Below are positions 8,115 to 17,557 of a stretch of 60,899 nt of DNA, piece after piece. The stretch is from a virus (Duplodnaviria; Caudoviricetes): the IMG/VR virus record IMGVR_UViG_3300009164_002363, positions 1-60,899 of that record. One strand, given 5' to 3'. Within the stretch, counting starts at the first letter, position 1, and each line of letters starts with the position of its first letter. Below the pieces are notes generated by a model. It was not told where the DNA came from. It searched no databases and saw nothing but the letters and a program-made list of their open reading frames with translations. Both the position numbers and the translations under genes were made by a program.

Positions 8115-9290
8115 ATGACAAGTTATTTAGACCCAATTGTTGACAAAATTGTTGTTGCACGAGTTGGATTGCTGTTGCGCCATCCGTTCTTTGGCAACAT
8201 GGCTACTCGTCTTAAAATTGAAGATGCTACAGAATGGTGTGCTACTGCCGCCACAGACGGACGTCACTTGTATTACAATCGAGACTTTTTTGCAGACTTG
8301 ACTACCAAGCAGGTTGAGTTTGTTGTTGCACACGAAATCCTGCATAACGTTTTTGAGCATATGCTCCGTGTAGAAGGACGTGATCGTAAGATATGGAATA
8401 TTGCCGCTGACTACTCAGTTAACGGTACGTTAGTCCGTGATCGTATCGGCGAGTCTCCTCCAAAGATTAAAATCTTCCACGACACTGCTCACTACGGCAA
8501 AAGTTCAGAACAGATCTATGATGAGATCTATGACACTATGGACGATCAAGAACTCGAAGCTCTTGGTCAATTGCTTGACGAACACATTGATTGGGAGAAG
8601 GAAGGCAAAGGTCGCCCTGCTTACTCAAAAGAAGAACTCAAGCAAATCCGTGATGAGATCAAAGAAGCTATGATGACAGCGGCGCAGGCAGCGGGTGCGG
8701 GAAATGTGCCTGCAGAGATTGGTCGTATGATCAAAGAGCTTACTGAACCTAAGATGAATTGGCGTGAAATTTTGCGTCAGCAAATTCAAAGCACTATTAA
8801 GAACGATTATACTTTCATGCGTCCTAACCGCAAGGCATGGCACATGAGTGCAATTTTGCCAGGCACTAACTATGCTGAGACAATCGATATCTGTATTGGT
8901 ATTGACATGAGCGGTTCAATTGGTGATGATCAAGCTAAGGACTTTATTAGCGAGATCAAAGGCATTATGGAAGAATACAAAGACTACAAAATTAAATTGT
9001 GGTGCTTTGATACTAAAGTCTACAATGAAGCAGATTTTGACGGGTACGGTGAAGACATTATGGAATACGAAGTCAAGGGCGGGGGCGGTACCGAGTTTGA
9101 TGTTAACTGGGATTACATGAAAGCTAATGATATTCAACCTAAGAAGTTTATCATGTTCACAGATGGCTATCCTTGGGGCTCATGGGGCGATGAGAATTAC
9201 TGCGATACTGTATTCATCATCCATGGCAATAATACTATTGTTCCACCTTTTGGTGCTCACGCATACTATGAGTCTAGTGATAAAACTTGA
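8115..9290 (+). CDS. VWA-domain protein with N-terminal HExxH metallopeptidase-like domain (MoxR partner)
   Basis: TAATDG, HEILH, MIDAS motif DMSGS, GGGGTEF, FTDG; AGGAG precedes ATG 8115 (the track start at 8055 is the -35 box). Confidence 0.88.
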   Translation: MTSYLDPIVDKIVVARVGLLLRHPFFGNMATRLKIEDATEWCATAATDGRHLYYNRDFFADLTTKQVEFVVAHEILHNVFEHMLRVEGRDRKIWNIAADYSVNGTLVRDRIGESPPKIKIFHDTAHYGKSSEQIYDEIYDTMDDQELEALGQLLDEHIDWEKEGKGRPAYSKEELKQIRDEIKEAMMTAAQAAGAGNVPAEIGRMIKELTEPKMNWREILRQQIQSTIKNDYTFMRPNRKAWHMSAILPGTNYAETIDICIGIDMSGSIGDDQAKDFISEIKGIMEEYKDYKIKLWCFDTKVYNEADFDGYGEDIMEYEVKGGGGTEFDVNWDYMKANDIQPKKFIMFTDGYPWGSWGDENYCDTVFIIHGNNTIVPPFGAHAYYESSDKT

Positions 9291-9837
9291 TCCTGACGCA
9301 TTCAGTGCCGGTCAAATTGAAAGTAAGATTTGGGCGGCACGTGAATTAGAAACAGTAGTGGCTCACCTAAAAATTGAGCCACTTCGTATTGCTATCCTAG
9401 GTGGGTGGTATGCCCTACTGCATTTTATTTTGCAATCTAGAGAACGTGTTAATGTTGAATATTGTAGGTCGTACGATATTGACCCGGGGGTGTGCATGGA
9501 TGCAAATCTTATCAATAACACTTGGGAAATTAAAGACTGGCAATTTAGATCATTTCCTAGAGACGCAAATAACGCTACATACGACGATAATGTGAATTTA
9601 GTTGTTAATACATCAACAGAACATTTTATCAGTAGGGAATGGTATAATCGTATTCCTGCTGGTACCCTATGTTTATTTCAAGGTAATGATCTAATCATCG
9701 ATGATCACGTACAACGTCCAGAAAGTTTAGAACATTTTAAATCTCTCTGGCCGCTTAAAGAACTGTATAGTGGCTCACTACATTTTGATTTTAAAGATGC
9801 ACCCTACACTAGACACATGACAATTGGTTACAAATAA
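9268..9837 (+). CDS. putative class I SAM-dependent methyltransferase-like protein
   Basis: IAILGGWYA (motif I-like), SYDID acidic strand end, LVVNTSTEH; start uncertain (9268 or GTG 9277). Confidence 0.55.
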   Translation: MSLVIKLDPDAFSAGQIESKIWAARELETVVAHLKIEPLRIAILGGWYALLHFILQSRERVNVEYCRSYDIDPGVCMDANLINNTWEIKDWQFRSFPRDANNATYDDNVNLVVNTSTEHFISREWYNRIPAGTLCLFQGNDLIIDDHVQRPESLEHFKSLWPLKELYSGSLHFDFKDAPYTRHMTIGYK

Positions 9838-10115
9838 TGGCATTAAAAAACGGTAAACCTAATGCGCTTAATGCATTGGATTTAAGAAAAGTAACATTTC
9901 CAGCAAAACATTTTCATTACACCCTATTAGAAAAATATACTCCTACATATCATAAAACAATAGATACGTGGATTTATCAAAATCTTAACAGTCGCTACTA
10001 CGTAGGTCAAGCAGTAGATCTAATAGACAATACAATAGTCTTTGTTACTAAAATTGGATTTGAGCAAGAAAAAGAACTTAGCTTTTTCAAACTTGCCTGC
10101 CCACATTTAAGCTAA
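9837..10115 (+). CDS. hypothetical protein
   Basis: 92-aa ORF, TAATG coupling. Confidence 0.7.
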   Translation: MALKNGKPNALNALDLRKVTFPAKHFHYTLLEKYTPTYHKTIDTWIYQNLNSRYYVGQAVDLIDNTIVFVTKIGFEQEKELSFFKLACPHLS

Positions 10116-10158
10116 CTGCTAATTAATAAGCATATATAATTTATACAAGGAGGTCACT

Positions 10159-10380
10159 ATGACTGAAGAAACAAAAGTAGAACAACCAGCCGAAGCCGCT
10201 GCAACTCAAGAATCGAATGATTTAACAATTAATGATTTAAATGCAATGCGAACTATCATTGATATTGCTAGTTCACGAGGAGCATTTAAACCTAATGAAA
10301 TGGTAGCTGTTGGTCAAACTTATAACAAATTATCGGCATTCTTAGACACTGTAGCAAAAACAGCGAAACCAGGAGTTTAA
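10159..10380 (+). CDS. hypothetical protein
   Basis: 73-aa ORF with strong AAGGAGG RBS. Confidence 0.8.
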   Translation: MTEETKVEQPAEAAATQESNDLTINDLNAMRTIIDIASSRGAFKPNEMVAVGQTYNKLSAFLDTVAKTAKPGV

Positions 10381-10381
10381 T

Positions 10382-11035
10382 ATGCAAACCTTAAAACATG
10401 TAGGTCGTATTAAGTCAACAGGACGCAGATGCCTAGTAGTGTTTAGAACACTACCCGGAGATGCATTTAGCTGCCTGATTATTCAAACAGAAAGCCTTGA
10501 TGCAAGTCAACATGACTCTCTTATTAATTTAGTTGAGTCAAACGCTGCCCAATCAGCGAACGAGTTTAGTGAAGTTTTAGCTAGGGCAGTTTTTGGAGAC
10601 GGCAGTACCATGTTGCCTAGTCTACATGCAAGGGGATTGTTATATAAGTTTCCTACTGATCAAATTGAGATGGTGCCTAATACCCAGGCTGTTATTTTAC
10701 TATCAGAATTAAATCAAATAATTGCACAGCAAGCAGGCGTTAGTGTACAAGATCTTGCTATTCGTCCATCTGCTAAAGAAAATGTTGAAGTGCAAGAACT
10801 AGCAAAAGTAAAAGACATTAGTCCTACTACAGGCAATACTGATCCATTAATGGATCAGTATGATGCAGGTAGAACTACATCAGCTAGTGTAAATGAAGAT
10901 GGTATCATAACTGACGATGTGTTAGCTAAAAAATATCGCAGTGATGCGGACCGACTAAGTAAGGAAGCTGCTCAACTTCGCCGTATGGCTGAAGAATTAG
11001 TACCCACTAAGAAAAAAGCCGCTATTGACGAGTGA
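10382..11035 (+). CDS. hypothetical protein
   Basis: 217-aa ORF within the operon. Confidence 0.8.
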   Translation: MQTLKHVGRIKSTGRRCLVVFRTLPGDAFSCLIIQTESLDASQHDSLINLVESNAAQSANEFSEVLARAVFGDGSTMLPSLHARGLLYKFPTDQIEMVPNTQAVILLSELNQIIAQQAGVSVQDLAIRPSAKENVEVQELAKVKDISPTTGNTDPLMDQYDAGRTTSASVNEDGIITDDVLAKKYRSDADRLSKEAAQLRRMAEELVPTKKKAAIDE

Positions 11036-11352
11036 CTAACGGAAAACCATTTCCTAAAGATGTAGTCGAACATTGGCCCGAGGTATTTGGAGAGATTACC
11101 CTAAACGTAGTACCTCTTAAATATCTCGACTCAGTTACAGTTACATTTAAAAATAAAAAAGTTTGGGAAATTAAAATAGCCAGCCAGCAGGCGCAATCCG
11201 ACTGGGATTCGTTTGAAACAAATCTTAAAGAGATGCTTGCTTCATACGAAAGTGAAATAGAAAATGTAGATTTTAAACTCGATACTGAAAGAGTTAAAAA
11301 AGACATGATTAAGAATACAAATAAATTTTTAAAGAAAAGAAAATTAAAATGA
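11032..11352 (+). CDS. hypothetical protein
   Basis: 106-aa ORF, GTGA overlap. Confidence 0.7.
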   Translation: MTNGKPFPKDVVEHWPEVFGEITLNVVPLKYLDSVTVTFKNKKVWEIKIASQQAQSDWDSFETNLKEMLASYESEIENVDFKLDTERVKKDMIKNTNKFLKKRKLK

Positions 11353-12032
11353 ATGTTAAATTGATTAGCTATAGTCAACCCACACAAGAATTTGCAGAGT
11401 TAGGTGTTGATAACGCACAAGAACTAATTGCATACTGTGCCCGTGTTAGCAATCCTGCCAATCAACTCAATACAGAAACAAGCGAAAAACTCATCAAATA
11501 TTTGGTCAAGCACCAACATTGGTCACCACTTGAAATGGTAAGTGCTTGTATTGAAATTACAACTACCCGTGACATTGCTCGTCAAATTTTACGTCACCGT
11601 AGTTTTAGTTTCCAAGAATTTAGCCAACGTTATGCTGATCCTACAAAGGATCTTGATTTTGTAACTCGTGAAGCAAGATTGCAGGATCCTAAAAATAGAC
11701 AAAACAGTGTTGCTACCGAAGATGAACAACTCCAGGCAGAATGGGAACTAATTCAACAGGCAGTAATTGGTGCTGCTAAAGAAGCCTATGGATGGGCTAT
11801 TGAAAATGGCATTGCTAAAGAACAAGCCCGTGCTGTATTACCAGAAGGTCTTACAGAAAGTCGTTTATACATGAATGGCACACTGCGTAGTTGGATTCAC
11901 TTTATTGAATTACGTAGTGCTAACGGTACTCAGAAAGAGCACCAGGAAATAGCCGTTGCCTGTGCAAAAGCAATTGCTGCCATCTTTCCAATGGCTACTG
12001 ATCTAGTTACTCAGGACGCATTGGCAACTTAA
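11349..12032 (+). CDS. thyX: flavin-dependent thymidylate synthase
   Basis: HWSPLEM, RQILRHRSFSFQEFSQRY (RHRX7S), EQARAVLP, LRSWIHFIELR, QKEH. Confidence 0.95.
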   Translation: MNVKLISYSQPTQEFAELGVDNAQELIAYCARVSNPANQLNTETSEKLIKYLVKHQHWSPLEMVSACIEITTTRDIARQILRHRSFSFQEFSQRYADPTKDLDFVTREARLQDPKNRQNSVATEDEQLQAEWELIQQAVIGAAKEAYGWAIENGIAKEQARAVLPEGLTESRLYMNGTLRSWIHFIELRSANGTQKEHQEIAVACAKAIAAIFPMATDLVTQDALAT

Positions 12033-13077
12033 CGTTAAGTTTAAACTGCTCATACAACCAGGTCCAGTCATTAATCTTACTTAATGCTTCCTGGTTGTTT
12101 TTATTTTCCGTTCCATATTTCATACCGGCATTTGCACCGGGTATTACATATTCACCAAACTTCCTATCAAGACCTTTTGTAGTCCATGCATGTAATCGTT
12201 TAGAGGTTTCATCTTGATTGCTTCGTGCAACCAGCCCACTAGATAATTTAGCTGCTTCTCTAAATCCGCTGCGCCAAGCATTCCACGGACTAGATGCAAA
12301 TCGATTAACACTTGCAACTTTTGGTATAATTTTAAGTTTATTACTAAGACTTGTAGTAATATCAACTCCGTCTTTTGTTACATCAAATAGCATTTTAGGT
12401 AATAGTTTAATAGCACCATTACCATACTCTAAATCGTTTATTTCGTTGCGGCTATGCCAAATATGTACTAGATCAAAATCGTAATCTTCTACATAATAAT
12501 CAAAATCAAACGTGTCCAACACTTCATTGTCTGCATCTACTATCCAAAAATAATCACTAGTAGATTTCTTTGCAGCGTCTTTATGACTCTTATATATATT
12601 TTTCTGACCGGCAATACGTTGAGCTTGGGGAAATCTAGAAGATAGTGTAATCCAATTTTCCCAACTGTTAGGTTCTTTATAAGTTAAAAAGAAAATATCA
12701 TATAGCGTATCTGCTTTAATAACAAAATCATTTATGTATTTTAAATTAACAAAAAATTCTTGATAGTAATCTGTTTTAAATTCTCGGGGAACTAGATAAC
12801 ATTGGAATTTATTAGCATACTCCTGAAACAATTTAAACACATGGACATATTCGTCATCCCATTTTTTAGGTTCAAAATTGATCATAGAATCTAAAAATTC
12901 ATAGCTCGAATCTATTAACCAGAAAAATTTTGTGTTAGTTTGTTTAATGGCTAAAGTTGCAGTATACGCTACTGACCGTGAATACTGTACAAACCTTGCA
13001 TAAGGAAATTTATCCTTTAGAAGTTCTTCTTGAGATTTTTCTAATTCACCTCTATTGTAAAACACTATATCGTACAT
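12007..13077 (-). CDS. GT-A fold glycosyltransferase-like protein (tandem domains)
   Basis: FWIVDAD DxD motif; YDIFFLTYKEPN, YGNGAIKL and AWRSGFREAAKL are shared with the neighbouring paralog; N-terminal half is a degenerate copy. Confidence 0.65.
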   Translation of the reverse strand: MYDIVFYNRGELEKSQEELLKDKFPYARFVQYSRSVAYTATLAIKQTNTKFFWLIDSSYEFLDSMINFEPKKWDDEYVHVFKLFQEYANKFQCYLVPREFKTDYYQEFFVNLKYINDFVIKADTLYDIFFLTYKEPNSWENWITLSSRFPQAQRIAGQKNIYKSHKDAAKKSTSDYFWIVDADNEVLDTFDFDYYVEDYDFDLVHIWHSRNEINDLEYGNGAIKLLPKMLFDVTKDGVDITTSLSNKLKIIPKVASVNRFASSPWNAWRSGFREAAKLSSGLVARSNQDETSKRLHAWTTKGLDRKFGEYVIPGANAGMKYGTENKNNQEALSKINDWTWLYEQFKLNVKLPMRPE

Positions 13078-13988
13078 TATTCTTTATCCAAAAATCCACT
13101 ACCCTTACGATACTGGTTAAGATATACTGATTTAAAAAATTTACTAGCATCAGCATCTAATTCTGCTATCTCAAGATCGAGTGCGTTTTTTAAACTATTG
13201 CCATAGGTCTTGATAGAGTCTTCAAGAGTTATATGCTCGACATCACTGTGCCACAACTTGGTCAAATAATCAAAGTCTCTAACCTGTACATAGTCCCAGT
13301 CAGTACAGTTGGTCATATAACATCCGTGACGAGCACCAAGTATTGCCCACAGACCGTTTGTTGAGTCAGCGCCAACATTGAGCCACACACGCAGACGATC
13401 TAAATTTTTCCAGTGTATTTCTTTTTTAAATTCTTTATTAGCAGTCTTAACACCGCGCTCAAGTGACATCTTTACACCTTCACGGAAGCCTGCACGCCAT
13501 GCTTGAAATGGACTAGCATTATTATACACATCACTAAAACAACTATTCATTTGAATGTACTCAGCATCCCAACAAAAATCTACTTGAGCATTAGGATCAT
13601 CAGCAGGTGCGTTTTCATGCGTTTTCATGTCTAATACATACTGCTTAGGCCAAAGTTTTAATCCGCCATTTCCGTACATAAGTCCGTTGACTACATTATA
13701 ACCTGCCCAGCTAATAACACACTTAGACAAGTCTTTGTGTGCATCAAAATCAATTTCTTGATTTAGAAAATCTTCACGTACTGTATTATCACCATCTACT
13801 GTAACAAATCGATCAGTATCACTTAATCGAGCGCAGGCTTTATGTGCTTCATCACTACCTTTAACTCCGTGTACACGTTTTGCCCAAGGCACTTTTTTTA
13901 ACAGATCTGCATAATTTTTTTCAGCGTTCGGTTCATCGTAGCTGAGATAGATAATATCGTAATCTAAAATTTTAACTGTTTGTGTCAT
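13077..13988 (-). CDS. GT-A fold glycosyltransferase-like protein
   Basis: YDIIYLSYDEPN, FVTVDGD, YGNGGLKLW, AWRAGFREGVKM; paralog of 12007-13077. Confidence 0.65.
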   Translation of the reverse strand: MTQTVKILDYDIIYLSYDEPNAEKNYADLLKKVPWAKRVHGVKGSDEAHKACARLSDTDRFVTVDGDNTVREDFLNQEIDFDAHKDLSKCVISWAGYNVVNGLMYGNGGLKLWPKQYVLDMKTHENAPADDPNAQVDFCWDAEYIQMNSCFSDVYNNASPFQAWRAGFREGVKMSLERGVKTANKEFKKEIHWKNLDRLRVWLNVGADSTNGLWAILGARHGCYMTNCTDWDYVQVRDFDYLTKLWHSDVEHITLEDSIKTYGNSLKNALDLEIAELDADASKFFKSVYLNQYRKGSGFLDKE

Positions 13989-14602
13989 GGTATTATATAA
14001 TGTCCAACTGATGAGAAGAATTGTTTAACATACACCACTGTATTATCAATATCACCTTCTTTGTCAGAATGGTAATAAACAATTTCTCTATCTTTTTTAA
14101 TCAATTCATTTATTGAAACTTTAATAGTTCTATAGATAAAATTCATGTTACGTTTGTCGATTACATAAATCTCAAGTGTAGTATTAAGGTTATATTTCTT
14201 TAATATTTCTCGCTGATCGTTACGTATTTGAAATCCCCATTTTTTAAATGTAGGATAATTTTCAATAGTAAACATACTGTCCCAGTTTGTTACTAACGGT
14301 GCTTGAGTTAAAAATACTGCCGTGATATCATCTTCGTACTTAGAAACAATTCTTGGTGTATTTTGATCAATAAAAGTAACTTGAAAATCTTTAAATTGGC
14401 TAACGCCATTTAAAAAGTCTTTAACAATATCAAACTCGAATTCTACAAAGTAGTCATACTGAGTGCTAGCTTCATTTGTAACACTTAAAATATCTCCGGT
14501 ATCTTTATCAAAGTACACTCGATAAGGTGGTACTACAGTACTCAATGCTAACGACTTAGCTATTAGCTCGTAGGGTATAACGTCTTCTTCTGGATTATAC
14601 AT
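13985..14602 (-). CDS. hypothetical protein
   Basis: 205-aa ORF within the GT cluster. Confidence 0.75.
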   Translation of the reverse strand: MYNPEEDVIPYELIAKSLALSTVVPPYRVYFDKDTGDILSVTNEASTQYDYFVEFEFDIVKDFLNGVSQFKDFQVTFIDQNTPRIVSKYEDDITAVFLTQAPLVTNWDSMFTIENYPTFKKWGFQIRNDQREILKKYNLNTTLEIYVIDKRNMNFIYRTIKVSINELIKKDREIVYYHSDKEGDIDNTVVYVKQFFSSVGHYIIP

Positions 14603-15419
14603 TTAATTTCTTAATGATTTCATCAGTAAGGAATGCATCCTCTACATAATGAAATACTCCTCGTTGTCTAAAATTATTTAGATATAATTCTCTAGAGTCT
14701 GTAAAATTTATCAATAGTTGGCTTAGACAAGATTGTGGGATCGGATCCCAACCTTGTAATGCTGGCTTTAGGTGTGTAAAGGTAAACGGACTATTTTTAT
14801 TTGTAATAATGTCATCGATGCCCATTAACTTAGTAGCAATAGCAACAGATACATCAAAACTATAAAAGTTCTGCATGTTCTTAGGAGCAACTTCACGAAA
14901 AACTCTACTCCAATTATTAGTAATAAATTCTAATAATTTAAAAAAGTCTTCCGCAAGTTGAGATTTTTTAAAATAGCACATTCCAGAATATAAGTTTGGT
15001 AAATCGTTAGCCACAAACATTTTTCTATATGTGTCGTCAACAACAGTACGAGATTTATAATCCGTAACTGATGAAGTAAAAAACAAATCTCGTTCGCTGG
15101 CAAATTTCCAAACATGTTCTATATTATCTAATACTAGCATATCTGCATCTAATACAATAGTTTCATCGTATGGACTTGATCTGTAAAGTTTCCATCTGTT
15201 TTCTACTTTCCATGCGCTGTTTGCAGCCGAGTCTCCAAAGTATATTGGAATAACTTTGTCAAATGCTTTAGAAAATCCTGCTGGCAACGTATCATTAGTA
15301 ATAATGCTAACATTATTAATAGTAGGCTGAGTCGCTTTAATACTTAACGCTAGTGCATATGCTTGACGTACATAGTCAACATCACTATTCTGAGCAAGTA
15401 CTAAAAATCCTTTACTCAT
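14595..15419 (-). CDS. GT8-like glycosyltransferase
   Basis: GFLVLAQN, SPYDETIVLDADMLV (DxD), FTHLK. Confidence 0.65.
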   Translation of the reverse strand: MSKGFLVLAQNSDVDYVRQAYALALSIKATQPTINNVSIITNDTLPAGFSKAFDKVIPIYFGDSAANSAWKVENRWKLYRSSPYDETIVLDADMLVLDNIEHVWKFASERDLFFTSSVTDYKSRTVVDDTYRKMFVANDLPNLYSGMCYFKKSQLAEDFFKLLEFITNNWSRVFREVAPKNMQNFYSFDVSVAIATKLMGIDDIITNKNSPFTFTHLKPALQGWDPIPQSCLSQLLINFTDSRELYLNNFRQRGVFHYVEDAFLTDEIIKKLNV

Positions 15420-16251
15420 TTACTACTCCGTCAATACAACGAGTAAGACTATATTTGTTCATAACATGTACATCTAGATTGCTGGTCTTAACTGCTGTGT
15501 ATTCTCCGTTAAAATTTTTCCTTTCAACTAAAAATGTTAATTTAGAATTGTCTATATCTAACAAAATATCTCTATCTAAAATGTAGTTCATCTTTCCGGG
15601 CAGGGGAGTTGCAAAATCTTTGCCCATCATGTGTATAGCAATGCTGAACGCAAAGTCATTTCTAAATACTGTAGAGTCTATATTATATAATAATCTATAG
15701 TAGTTCCAATTTAATTTAATGTTTTTAATTAGATCAAAGAACGCCCACGTAGCTGCGGTCTTTTTAAAATAAAATGCAGTGGCCCAATAAAATGGAATGG
15801 AGTGTTGATTTAAATATCTAAAACTACGGTCATCACGCCAGTTAGCTAGATCAAAACTGTCTTTATATATTAAGAAATCGTTTTGATTATCCCATATATT
15901 TTTTAATGTAGGACTGCTAATAATAAAATCACTGTCAATAACTAGCGTCTCATCATAGGGAGACAAAAAACAACAATCAACACGTGATAAGTTTTTCCAT
16001 GTTAACGTTTTTACAGCCAGCGATCCGTCATAGAATTTTTTAGTCTGATGTGTTTCTGTCCATATTTCTATGATTTGATCAAACACTTGTTCGGCATCTG
16101 GCTGACTTTGTTTAAGCCAGCTTGCGCTATCTGTAACTAGACTAACAGGTACTCCTAGATATTCTTTTACTCGTTTGGCGGCAAACAAAGATATCTTTGC
16201 ATAGTCAATCTCTGCATTATTTTGCGCAAATATTAATACGCCACGTGTCAT
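15412..16251 (-). CDS. GT8-like glycosyltransferase
   Basis: GVLIFAQN, SPYDETLVIDSDFII (DxD), FRND, HVMNK; paralog of 14595-15419. Confidence 0.65.
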   Translation of the reverse strand: MTRGVLIFAQNNAEIDYAKISLFAAKRVKEYLGVPVSLVTDSASWLKQSQPDAEQVFDQIIEIWTETHQTKKFYDGSLAVKTLTWKNLSRVDCCFLSPYDETLVIDSDFIISSPTLKNIWDNQNDFLIYKDSFDLANWRDDRSFRYLNQHSIPFYWATAFYFKKTAATWAFFDLIKNIKLNWNYYRLLYNIDSTVFRNDFAFSIAIHMMGKDFATPLPGKMNYILDRDILLDIDNSKLTFLVERKNFNGEYTAVKTSNLDVHVMNKYSLTRCIDGVVNE

Positions 16252-16595
16252 AGGGCCATTAAATCGCCAACACGGCGTTTGGTTTTAATTTGATTGTACT
16301 TTACCAAATAGTCGTTGGTTGCACTAAAGTAGATAGAAATAATCTCGTCTAAAAATAATTTTAAATCGGGGATTTCTACGGGAATGTTATTATCGTCAAG
16401 TACTACGGCTACTGTAGTTTCACGAGTAACAAGTGTGCCAATAAAGGTAATTAAGTTTCTATCAATTGTGAAACTTGCACCTTGAAAATAATAGATAAGA
16501 CTTTGTTGAAATTCTTCAAAAATAACCTTACGTTGATTGCTCAACGTGGTCATATAATTGGCTGTTTGAAATGCTTTTTCTAATCGTTCGTCCAC
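16248..16595 (-). CDS. hypothetical protein
   Basis: GTG start preceded by GGAGG. Confidence 0.75.
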   Translation of the reverse strand: MDERLEKAFQTANYMTTLSNQRKVIFEEFQQSLIYYFQGASFTIDRNLITFIGTLVTRETTVAVVLDDNNIPVEIPDLKLFLDEIISIYFSATNDYLVKYNQIKTKRRVGDLMAL

Positions 16596-16614
16596 AGTAA
16601 CCTCCAGAGCTTTT

Positions 16615-16643
16615 ACTATACAGTATAGTAATTAGCTTGTCAA
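16615..16643 (-). promoter_or_regulatory. sigma70-type promoter for the GT cluster
   Basis: Minus strand TTGACA (16643-16638)-17 bp-TATAGT (16620-16615). Confidence 0.75.
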
Positions 16644-16654
16644 GAAGTTTGGAG

Positions 16655-17548
16655 TTACGATATTGACTGACTAGCAGTAGGTGCTGTTACTGATACGTTT
16701 GCACCGGACGGACGGTATTGACTGATAACACTGTTTAATGTACCGTCAACATTTTCATCAAAGTTTGGATCGCCAACGTCGTTGTCTTGAAACTGGATTG
16801 TTAAAATCAACTGAGTTGATCCTGCATCTCGACGAGCATAGATGTAGTATCTATTTTCTGCATAAGAACCTGACGGAGCACTTTTTTGTCCAACTAGCTG
16901 ATTTGATGTAGTAAGATCAAACCAACCTATTGCAGAACCCGTTGCTGCACCAGTAAATGTTGTCTGGGTATAATCCATCTGGAATTCGCCCATCTGACTA
17001 AACATAGTGTCCCATGTTGTATTTTTCTGACTTGATGAGCCGCCAGAACGGTTAGCAGATACACGAATCTTGCCGCCAGCATTGAAAAAATATCGCATGT
17101 TATCAGCGGTACTTGAAACTGTAACTGTATGTGTTAATGTACCGTTCCATGCTGAAGAATAAGTTCCAGTAATCAATCCCTCACCAGAATATTGTCCAGC
17201 ACCAATTGAGAATTTATCTGAGGTGATTGTATTTGAAAATAGATTAAATTGATTACGTAATGCTTCTGTAATTGAAGCTCCGCTTGATGGTACTAATAAG
17301 TTTGCTCCATCTGTTGCACTACCTGTACCTACAGATGCACCAGTTTGGTGTTGGCGACACTTTACCATATCATCTCTTAAATAAAGCCATTGTTGGGCGT
17401 ATATTACAGCACCGGCAGTAACTGCTGGCGAAGTAATAGTTTGTCCGTATCCTGTCTGACCTGATCCTGTACCTAAAACTAAATCAACTTTAGCTTTAAT
17501 AGTATCGTAATCAGCTTTTTCAATTATTTGACCTTGCCCTGCTGACAT
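16655..17548 (-). CDS. putative virion structural (tail/fibre-associated) protein
   Basis: Gly/Ser/Thr-rich 297-aa ORF at the end of the fibre cluster. Confidence 0.6.
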   Translation of the reverse strand: MSAGQGQIIEKADYDTIKAKVDLVLGTGSGQTGYGQTITSPAVTAGAVIYAQQWLYLRDDMVKCRQHQTGASVGTGSATDGANLLVPSSGASITEALRNQFNLFSNTITSDKFSIGAGQYSGEGLITGTYSSAWNGTLTHTVTVSSTADNMRYFFNAGGKIRVSANRSGGSSSQKNTTWDTMFSQMGEFQMDYTQTTFTGAATGSAIGWFDLTTSNQLVGQKSAPSGSYAENRYYIYARRDAGSTQLILTIQFQDNDVGDPNFDENVDGTLNSVISQYRPSGANVSVTAPTASQSIS

Positions 17549-17557
17549 GTTTTATCC

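Noticed and set aside
9127-9267. Long N-terminal extension of the methyltransferase-like ORF
   Set aside because: Overlaps the VWA gene by more than 160 nt; a start near 9268 is more plausible.
12007-12032. Antisense regulation at the thyX / GT convergent overlap
   Set aside because: A 26-nt tail-to-tail overlap is ordinary compaction; no supporting structure seen.
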